Shown here: positions 54,926 to 64,000 of the stretch, piece by piece
Layout of the letters: each line of letters opens with the position of its first letter
Position numbering within the stretch: the stretch's first letter is position 1
NCBI RefSeq assembly: GCF_050920415.1
Contig: NZ_CP169309.1
Direction: 5' to 3' (one strand)
DNA from: Escherichia coli
GTDB lineage: Bacteria > Pseudomonadota > Gammaproteobacteria > Enterobacterales > Enterobacteriaceae
DNA: 64,000 nt
Position numbers and translations under genes: made by a program
The notes under the pieces: model-generated
Seen by the model: the letters and a program-made list of their open reading frames with translations, nothing else
Databases searched by the model: none
What the model was told of the DNA's origin: nothing

Positions 54926-55133
54926 ATCTTTCCTCGCGATGAAACTATGGCGACAACAGGCAATATGAAACACACGCGAGTGAATTTTATATTCCATTGC
55001 TGTTAATTGCCATGAATTAAAAATTCCAGATAGCCATGATGCAGTCGATTGTTGCCGGAAAAGTGATGATCTATCTGTTAGGCTATGTAGTAGCGAAGAT
55101 TAATCAGGATGTTTCAGTCCAGAGGAGTATGGT

Positions 55134-55769
55134 TTGGCAACTCACGAGCGTCGTGTGGTGTTTTTTGACTTAGATGGAACATTGCATCAGCAGGATATGT
55201 TCGGCAGTTTTTTGCGTTATTTACTGCGTCGCCAACCGCTGAATGCATTACTTGTCCTGCCGTTGTTGCCGGTCATTGCCATCGCGTTATTGATAAAAGG
55301 TCGTGCAGCACGCTGGCCGATGAGTCTGCTTCTTTGGGGATGCACTTTTGGTCACAATGAAGCGCGTTTGCAGGCGTTGCAGGCCGATTTCGTACGCTGG
55401 TTTCGTGACAATGTTACCGCCTTTCCGCTGGTTCAGGAGCGATTAACCACCTACCTGTTAAGTTCCGATGCTGATATCTGGTTGATTACCGGCTCTCCGC
55501 AGCCGCTGGTTGAAGCGGTTTATTATGATACGCCCTGGCTGCCGCGGGTTAATCTTATTGCCAGTCAGATTCAGCGTGGCTATGGTGGTTGGGTATTGAC
55601 GATGCGTTGCCTCGGGCATGAGAAGGTCGCGCAACTGGAGCGTAAAATCGGCACGCCACTGCGGTTGTACAGTGGCTATAGCGACAGTAATCAGGACAAC
55701 CCGCTGCTTTATTTCTGCCAGCATCGTTGGCGGGTAACCCCGCGCGGTGAACTCCAGCAACTGGAATAG
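55134..55769 (+). CDS. pgpC: Phosphatidylglycerophosphatase C (YfhB), HAD family
   Basis: 211-aa ORF with HAD motif I FFDLDGTL. Confidence 0.92.
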   Translation: MATHERRVVFFDLDGTLHQQDMFGSFLRYLLRRQPLNALLVLPLLPVIAIALLIKGRAARWPMSLLLWGCTFGHNEARLQALQADFVRWFRDNVTAFPLVQERLTTYLLSSDADIWLITGSPQPLVEAVYYDTPWLPRVNLIASQIQRGYGGWVLTMRCLGHEKVAQLERKIGTPLRLYSGYSDSNQDNPLLYFCQHRWRVTPRGELQQLE

Positions 55770-55781
55770 AGTAAAGCATAG

Positions 55782-57882
<2,101 letters not shown>

Positions 57883-58047
57883 TTAGTTAATTCTCTGTGT
57901 CGTGCGCATCCCAGCTTGAAAAAACGTAATAATAGTGAAAGGTTTACTCATAAATGAGCGGCATTTTGCGTAAACCAGCGCCAGTTGGCAACTTATTACA
58001 GCCATTGGCGGCACGCGTTGCTAATTCACAATGGTGATTTTATTTCC

Positions 58048-58063
58048 ACGCAAACGGTTTCGT
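58048..58063. promoter_or_regulatory. purL: PurR operator in the purL promoter
   Basis: acgcaaacggtttcgt matches the PurR box consensus aCGCAAACGTTTtCnT, ~80 bp upstream of the purL ATG. Confidence 0.7.
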
Positions 58064-58139
58064 CAGCGCATCAGATTCTTTATAATGACGCCCGTTTCCC
58101 CCCCTTGGGTACACCGAAAGCTTAGAAGACGAGAGACTT

Positions 58140-61100
58140 ATGATGGAAATTCTGCGTGGTTCGCCTGCATTGTCGGCATTCCGAATCAACAAACTGCTGG
58201 CACGTTTTCAGGCTGCCAGGCTCCCGGTTCACAATATTTACGCCGAGTATGTCCATTTTGCTGACCTCAATGCGCCGTTAAACGATGATGAGCACGCACA
58301 ACTTGAACGCCTGCTGAAATATGGCCCGGCACTCGCCAGCCACGCCCCGCAAGGTAAACTCCTGCTGGTGACCCCGCGTCCTGGTACCATCTCTCCCTGG
58401 TCTTCGAAAGCGACCGATATCGCCCATAACTGCGGGCTGCAACAGGTAAACCGCCTTGAGCGCGGCGTTGCTTACTATATAGAAGCCGGTACGCTGACCC
58501 ATGAACAATGGCAGCAGGTGACCGCTGAACTGCACGACCGCATGATGGAAACGGTCTTTTCTGCTTTAGATGATGCAGAGCAGCTGTTTGCACACCATCA
58601 ACCGACTCCGGTCACCAGCGTTGATTTGCTGGGGCAGGGACGTCAGGCGCTAATCGACGCTAACCTGCGTCTTGGCCTGGCACTGGCGGAAGATGAAATT
58701 GACTATCTGCAGGATGCATTCACAAAGCTGGGTCGTAACCCGAACGACATCGAGCTGTATATGTTCGCCCAGGCGAACTCTGAGCACTGCCGCCATAAAA
58801 TTTTTAACGCCGACTGGATTATCGACGGTGAACAACAGCCGAAATCGCTGTTCAAGATGATCAAAAACACCTTCGAAACCACGCCGGATCACGTTCTCTC
58901 GGCTTATAAAGATAACGCCGCCGTAATGGAAGGTTCTGAAGTGGGCCGCTACTTTGCTGACCACGAAACGGGCCGCTACGATTTCCATCAGGAACCGGCG
59001 CATATCCTGATGAAAGTAGAAACCCACAACCACCCAACGGCGATTTCTCCGTGGCCGGGTGCGGCAACCGGTTCCGGTGGCGAAATTCGTGATGAAGGTG
59101 CCACCGGCCGCGGCGCGAAGCCGAAAGCTGGTCTGGTCGGTTTCTCCGTATCCAACCTGCGTATTCCTGGCTTTGAACAACCGTGGGAAGAAGATTTCGG
59201 TAAGCCTGAGCGCATTGTCACCGCGCTGGACATCATGACAGAAGGTCCGCTGGGCGGCGCGGCATTTAACAACGAATTTGGTCGTCCGGCACTGAACGGC
59301 TACTTCCGTACCTATGAAGAAAAAGTGAACAGCCACAACGGCGAAGAGCTGCGCGGGTATCACAAACCGATCATGCTGGCGGGTGGGATCGGCAACATTC
59401 GCGCCGATCACGTACAAAAAGGCGAGATCAACGTCGGTGCGAAACTGGTCGTTCTCGGCGGCCCGGCAATGAACATCGGTCTTGGCGGCGGCGCGGCCTC
59501 TTCCATGGCCTCCGGCCAGTCTGACGCGGATCTCGATTTCGCGTCCGTTCAGCGCGATAACCCGGAAATGGAACGTCGCTGTCAGGAAGTGATCGACCGC
59601 TGCTGGCAGCTTGGCGACGCGAACCCGATTCTGTTTATCCACGACGTCGGCGCAGGCGGTCTTTCTAACGCCATGCCGGAGCTGGTGAGCGACGGCGGAC
59701 GCGGCGGTAAATTTGAACTGCGCGATATCCTGAGCGACGAACCGGGCATGAGCCCGCTGGAAATCTGGTGTAACGAATCCCAGGAACGCTACGTGCTGGC
59801 CGTTGCTGCCGATCAGTTACCGCTGTTTGACGAACTGTGTAAGCGTGAGCGCGCACCGTACGCGGTGATTGGTGAGGCCACCGAAGAATTACATCTTTCT
59901 CTGCACGATCGTCATTTTGATAATCAACCCATCGATCTGCCGCTCGACGTACTACTTGGCAAAACGCCGAAGATGACCCGCGATGTGCAAACGCTGAAAG
60001 CGAAAGGCGACGCGTTGTCCCGTGAAGGGATCACCATCGCTGACGCGGTGAAGCGTGTGTTACATCTGCCGACTGTGGCGGAGAAAACCTTTCTGGTGAC
60101 CATCGGCGATCGCAGCGTAACCGGCATGGTGGCGCGCGATCAGATGGTGGGTCCGTGGCAGGTGCCGGTCGCTAACTGCGCAGTCACTACCGCCAGCCTC
60201 GACAGTTACTACGGTGAAGCGATGGCAATAGGCGAACGTGCGCCAGTTGCACTGCTGGATTTCGCCGCTTCTGCCCGCCTGGCGGTCGGTGAAGCGTTAA
60301 CTAACATCGCCGCTACGCAGATTGGCGATATCAAACGCATTAAACTTTCCGCTAACTGGATGGCGGCAGCAGGTCATCCAGGTGAAGACGCGGGCCTGTA
60401 TGAAGCCGTTAAAGCGGTGGGCGAAGAGCTTTGTCCGGCGCTGGGCCTGACGATTCCGGTGGGTAAAGACTCTATGTCGATGAAAACCCGCTGGCAGGAA
60501 GGTAGCGAAGAGCGCGAAATGACCTCGCCGCTTTCGCTGGTGATTTCTGCATTTGCCCGCGTGGAAGATGTGCGTCACACCATCACGCCGCAGCTTTCTA
60601 CCGAAGATAACGCACTGCTGCTGATTGATCTGGGCAAAGGCAATAACGCGCTGGGCGCAACGGCGCTGGCGCAGGTTTATCGTCAGCTTGGCGACAAACC
60701 GGCAGATGTACGCGATGTCGCGCAACTGAAAGGCTTCTATGATGCGATTCAGGCGCTGGTTGCACAGCGTAAGCTGCTCGCGTATCACGACCGCTCTGAT
60801 GGCGGGCTGGTGGTAACGCTGGCGGAAATGGCCTTTGCTGGTCATTGCGGCATTGACGCGGATATCGCCACTCTGGGTGACGATCGCCTGGCGGCGTTGT
60901 TTAACGAAGAACTGGGGGCGGTGATTCAGGTGCGCGCTGCTGACCGTGAAGCGGTCGAAGCGGTACTGGCACAGCATGGCCTTGCTGATTGCGTCCATTA
61001 TGTTGGGCAGGCGGTTTCCGGTGACCGTTTTGTAATTACCGCCAACGGGCAGACTGTATTCAGCGAAAGCCGCACCACGTTGCGTGTCTGGTGGGCAGAA

Positions 61101-62027
61101 ACTACCTGGCAGATGCAGCGCCTGCGTGACAACCCGGAGTGTGCCGATCAGGAACATCAGGCGAAATCTAACGACGCCGATCCGGGCCTGAATGTGAAAC
61201 TGTCGTTTGATATCAACGAAGATGTGGCAGCACCGTATATTGCCACTGGTGCGCGTCCGAAAGTTGCCGTGCTGCGTGAGCAGGGGGTGAACTCGCATGT
61301 TGAAATGGCGGCAGCTTTCCACCGTGCAGGCTTCGATGCACTCGATGTGCATATGAGCGACCTGCTGGCTGGACGCACGGGCCTGGAGGATTTCCACGCT
61401 CTGGTAGCGTGCGGCGGTTTCTCCTACGGTGATGTGCTGGGTGCTGGTGAAGGCTGGGCGAAGTCTATCCTGTTCAATGACCGTGTACGCGATGAGTTTG
61501 CAACCTTCTTCCACCGTCCGCAAACGCTGGCGCTGGGGGTATGTAACGGTTGCCAGATGATGTCTAACCTACGCGAACTGATCCCAGGTAGCGAGTTGTG
61601 GCCACGTTTCGTGCGTAACACCTCCGATCGCTTTGAAGCGCGTTTCAGCCTGGTAGAAGTGACCCAAAGCCCGTCTCTGCTGTTGCAAGGGATGGTGGGT
61701 TCGCAGATGCCGATTGCTGTCTCTCACGGCGAAGGACGCGTGGAAGTGCGCGATGCGGCGCATCTGGCGGCACTGGAAAGCAAAGGGCTGGTGGCACTGC
61801 GCTATGTCGATAACTTCGGCAAAGTCACTGAAACCTACCCGGCTAACCCGAACGGTTCTCCGAATGGTATTACGGCGGTCACGACTGAAAGTGGTCGAGT
61901 CACCATTATGATGCCGCACCCGGAACGTGTTTTCCGTACTGTCAGTAACTCCTGGCATCCGGAAAACTGGGGCGAGGATGGCCCATGGATGCGTATTTTC
62001 CGCAATGCGCGTAAGCAGTTGGGGTAA
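58140..62027 (+). CDS. purL: Phosphoribosylformylglycinamidine synthase (large PurL)
   Basis: 1295-aa [46 protein letters not shown]... with C-terminal glutaminase region. Confidence 0.98.
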   Translation: MMEILRGSPALSAFRINKLLARFQAARLPVHNIYAEYVHFADLNAPLNDDEHAQLERLLKYGPALASHAPQGKLLLVTPRPGTISPWSSKATDIAHNCGLQQVNRLERGVAYYIEAGTLTHEQWQQVTAELHDRMMETVFSALDDAEQLFAHHQPTPVTSVDLLGQGRQALIDANLRLGLALAEDEIDYLQDAFTKLGRNPNDIELYMFAQANSEHCRHKIFNADWIIDGEQQPKSLFKMIKNTFETTPDHVLSAYKDNAAVMEGSEVGRYFADHETGRYDFHQEPAHILMKVETHNHPTAISPWPGAATGSGGEIRDEGATGRGAKPKAGLVGFSVSNLRIPGFEQPWEEDFGKPERIVTALDIMTEGPLGGAAFNNEFGRPALNGYFRTYEEKVNSHNGEELRGYHKPIMLAGGIGNIRADHVQKGEINVGAKLVVLGGPAMNIGLGGGAASSMASGQSDADLDFASVQRDNPEMERRCQEVIDRCWQLGDANPILFIHDVGAGGLSNAMPELVSDGGRGGKFELRDILSDEPGMSPLEIWCNESQERYVLAVAADQLPLFDELCKRERAPYAVIGEATEELHLSLHDRHFDNQPIDLPLDVLLGKTPKMTRDVQTLKAKGDALSREGITIADAVKRVLHLPTVAEKTFLVTIGDRSVTGMVARDQMVGPWQVPVANCAVTTASLDSYYGEAMAIGERAPVALLDFAASARLAVGEALTNIAATQIGDIKRIKLSANWMAAAGHPGEDAGLYEAVKAVGEELCPALGLTIPVGKDSMSMKTRWQEGSEEREMTSPLSLVISAFARVEDVRHTITPQLSTEDNALLLIDLGKGNNALGATALAQVYRQLGDKPADVRDVAQLKGFYDAIQALVAQRKLLAYHDRSDGGLVVTLAEMAFAGHCGIDADIATLGDDRLAALFNEELGAVIQVRAADREAVEAVLAQHGLADCVHYVGQAVSGDRFVITANGQTVFSESRTTLRVWWAETTWQMQRLRDNPECADQEHQAKSNDADPGLNVKLSFDINEDVAAPYIATGARPKVAVLREQGVNSHVEMAAAFHRAGFDALDVHMSDLLAGRTGLEDFHALVACGGFSYGDVLGAGEGWAKSILFNDRVRDEFATFFHRPQTLALGVCNGCQMMSNLRELIPGSELWPRFVRNTSDRFEARFSLVEVTQSPSLLLQGMVGSQMPIAVSHGEGRVEVRDAAHLAALESKGLVALRYVDNFGKVTETYPANPNGSPNGITAVTTESGRVTIMMPHPERVFRTVSNSWHPENWGEDGPWMRIFRNARKQLG

Positions 62028-62049
62028 GTCGTCAAACTATTGGTTTTGC

Positions 62050-62083
62050 TGCCCGGATGTGGCATTCACGCCGCATCCGGCAT
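62050..62083. repeat. REP-like palindromic element downstream of purL
   Basis: gcccggatgtggcattcacgccgcatccggcat. Confidence 0.4.
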
Positions 62084-62105
62084 TAAACGCCGACCACTAT
62101 CATAA

Positions 62106-62130
62106 GCTCCCAGCTCCGGGAGCTTTTTTT
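62106..62130 (+). terminator. purL rho-independent terminator
   Basis: Stem gctccc/gggagc with 6-nt loop followed by T7 at 62124-62130. Confidence 0.6.
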
Positions 62131-62131
62131 G

Positions 62132-62245
62132 TGTCTGTAAATCACGACAATGGGTGGTTTACTGTGTCGCTTTTTGGCGACATTTAATTGATTGATTTTA
62201 TTTGGGTCTAATAAATTTATCTTAAGGTGTCTCTTTTTAGCGACA
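62132..62245. promoter_or_regulatory. glmY: Three GlrR (QseF) binding sites of the glmY upstream activating region
   Basis: TGTC-N10-GACA at 62132-62149, 62165-62182 and 62228-62245. Confidence 0.6.
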
Positions 62246-62334
62246 CAATGGCTGATTGACACCCAAATAGCGAAGAAGTCATAAATCCATCAAAACAACG
62301 TATAATCAGTACGTTACCAAACTATTTTATTTAT

Positions 62335-62350
62335 TGGCACAGTTACTGCA
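62335..62350 (+). promoter_or_regulatory. glmY: sigma54 promoter of glmY (overlaps a sigma70 -10 cataat)
   Basis: TGGCAC-agtta-cTGCAt with GG at -24 and GC at -12 relative to the transcript start near 62362. Confidence 0.65.
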
Positions 62351-62361
62351 TAATAGTCATC

Positions 62362-62545
62362 AGTGGCTCATTCACCGACTTATGTCAGCCCCTTCGGGAC
62401 GTGCTACATAAAATTCGAATGACGCACAACAAGGTGCCTGCCGTCCAACTTCTGATATCAGCTTAGCTATATCAACCCTCGGGCGAAACGTCGAGTTAGG
62501 CACCGCCTTATTCCATAACAAAGCCGGGTCATTCCCGGCTTTGTT
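62362..62545 (+). ncRNA. glmY: GlmY small RNA
   Basis: agtggctcattcaccgacttatgtcagccccttcgggacgtgctacataaaattcgaatgacgc... recognised as GlmY; terminator hairpin agccgggtcattcccggct 62522-62540 plus T-run; sits between purL and glrK as in K-12. Confidence 0.8.
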
Positions 62546-62603
62546 GTATCTGAACTTCCCCTCGGTTAGCATCAGGCTATTCGCGTCTGACGAGAGTAAC
62601 ACC

Positions 62604-64000
62604 TTGAAACGCTGGCCCGTTTTTCCCCGCTCATTACGACAACTGGTAATGCTGGCATTTTTGCTGATTCTGCTACCCCTGTTGGTGCTGGCATGGCAAG
62701 CCTGGCAAAGCCTGAATGCGCTTAGCGATCAGGCGGCGCTGGTTAACCGCACTACGCTTATTGATGCCCGGCGCAGTGAAGCGATGACCAACGCGGCGCT
62801 GGAGATGGAGCGTAGCTACCGTCAGTATTGCGTGCTGGATGACCCAACCCTGGCGAAGGTTTATCAAAGCCAGCGCAAGCGTTATAGCGAAATGCTCGAT
62901 GCCCACGCAGGCGTACTGCCGGACGATAAACTATACCAGGCATTGCGTCAGGACTTGAACAATCTGGCTCAACTTCAGTGTAACAACAGCGGTCCCGATG
63001 CTGCCGCCGCCGCGCGTCTGGAAGCTTTTGCCAGCGCCAATACCGAAATGGTACAGGCCACGCGCACAGTGGTGTTCTCTCGCGGACAGCAGCTTCAGCG
63101 TGAAATCGCCGAACGTGGGCAATATTTTGGTTGGCAATCGCTGGTGTTATTTCTGGTAAGTCTGGTGATGGTGCTGCTCTTCACGCGGATGATTATCGGC
63201 CCGGTGAAAAATATTGAACGGATGATCAACCGTCTGGGGGAAGGGCGTTCTCTGGGCAATAGCGTTTCGTTCAGTGGACCGAGTGAGTTACGCTCGGTTG
63301 GGCAACGTATTCTTTGGTTAAGTGAGCGCCTGTCATGGCTGGAATCCCAGCGCCATCAATTCTTAAGACATTTATCTCATGAATTAAAAACCCCGCTGGC
63401 GAGTATGCGAGAGGGCACTGAATTACTGGCTGACCAGGTTGTCGGGCCGCTTACGCCCGAGCAAAAAGAGGTGGTGAGCATCCTTGATAGCAGCAGCCGC
63501 AATTTGCAAAAACTGATCGAACAACTGCTTGATTACAACCGTAAACAGGCGGACGGTGCAGTGGAACTGGAGAGTGTAGAGTTAGCACCGCTGGTGGAAA
63601 TGGTGGTTTCTGCTCATAGCCTGCCCGCACGGGCTAAAATGATGCATACCGACGTCGATCTCAAAGCAACTGCTTGCCTGGCGGAGCCAATGCTGCTGAT
63701 GAGCGTACTGGATAATCTTTACTCCAATGCGGTGCACTACGGGGCTGAATCCGGTAACATTTGCCTTCGCAGCAGTTTACATGGCGCGCGGGTTTATATT
63801 GATGTCATCAATACGGGCACACCCATTCCGCAAGAGGAACGCGCCATGATCTTCGAACCCTTTTTTCAGGGAAGCCACCAGCGAAAAGGGGCGGTGAAGG
63901 GCAGCGGTCTGGGATTAAGCATTGCCAGGGATTGTATTCGCCGTATGCAGGGGGAACTGCATCTGGTCGACGAGAGCGGGCAAGAGGTTTGCTTCCGCAT
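62604..64000 (+). CDS. glrK: Sensor histidine kinase GlrK (QseE/YfhK), N-terminal ~465 codons; 3' end runs off the window
   Basis: Open frame from TTG 62604 to window end translating (M)KRWPVFPRSLRQLVMLAFLLILLPLLVLAWQAWQSLNALSD... with HAMP and HisKA/HATPase motifs; not in ORF track because no stop in window. Confidence 0.85.
   Translation, partial: MKRWPVFPRSLRQLVMLAFLLILLPLLVLAWQAWQSLNALSDQAALVNRTTLIDARRSEAMTNAALEMERSYRQYCVLDDPTLAKVYQSQRKRYSEMLDAHAGVLPDDKLYQALRQDLNNLAQLQCNNSGPDAAAAARLEAFASANTEMVQATRTVVFSRGQQLQREIAERGQYFGWQSLVLFLVSLVMVLLFTRMIIGPVKNIERMINRLGEGRSLGNSVSFSGPSELRSVGQRILWLSERLSWLESQRHQFLRHLSHELKTPLASMREGTELLADQVVGPLTPEQKEVVSILDSSSRNLQKLIEQLLDYNRKQADGAVELESVELAPLVEMVVSAHSLPARAKMMHTDVDLKATACLAEPMLLMSVLDNLYSNAVHYGAESGNICLRSSLHGARVYIDVINTGTPIPQEERAMIFEPFFQGSHQRKGAVKGSGLGLSIARDCIRRMQGELHLVDESGQEVCFR

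Noticed and set aside
58650-61523. Long minus-strand ORFs (330 aa at 58650-59642 and 408 aa at 60297-61523) inside purL
   Set aside because: Fully antisense to the conserved purL CDS; Arg/Ala-rich composition typical of antisense reading of GC-rich genes.
62372-62602. 76-aa minus-strand ORF between purL and glrK
   Set aside because: Overlaps the glmY sRNA on the opposite strand; the region is explained by glmY.

Overview
This 64-kb window is conserved Escherichia coli core chromosome, syntenic with the K-12 recN-to-glrK region but in reverse orientation to the K-12 map. It runs from the 5' part of recN through nadK, grpE, ffh, rpsP-rimM-trmD-rplS, yfiBNR, aroF-tyrA and pheLA, raiA, bamD, rluD, clpB, a complete rrnG-type rRNA operon (16S, tRNA-Glu, 23S, 5S), kgtP, pssA, patZ, trxC, ung, grcA, srmB, nadB, rpoE-rseABC, lepAB, rnc-era-recO-pdxJ-acpS, the shoB/ohsC type I toxin-antitoxin locus, tadA, mltF, purL, the glmY sRNA and the start of glrK. 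I found no CRISPR array, prophage, defence island or other cargo, and no convincing evidence of a previously undescribed system. The things worth a second look are: (1) an internally deleted IS4-family element with a 12-bp target duplication between bamD and raiA, the only non-core DNA here; (2) mltF split by a -1 frameshift in a homopolymer; (3) multiple single-base deletions at normally invariant 16S and 23S positions, most simply explained as consensus errors in a multicopy repeat; (4) CTG at the expected yfjD start codon. Two known small-RNA loci are invisible to the ORF track: shoB/ohsC and glmY with its sigma54 promoter and GlrR sites. All identifications are from reading the sequence and recalled family knowledge; no database search was run. 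The ORF track omits the edge-truncated recN and glrK, and several of its ORFs begin upstream of the real start.
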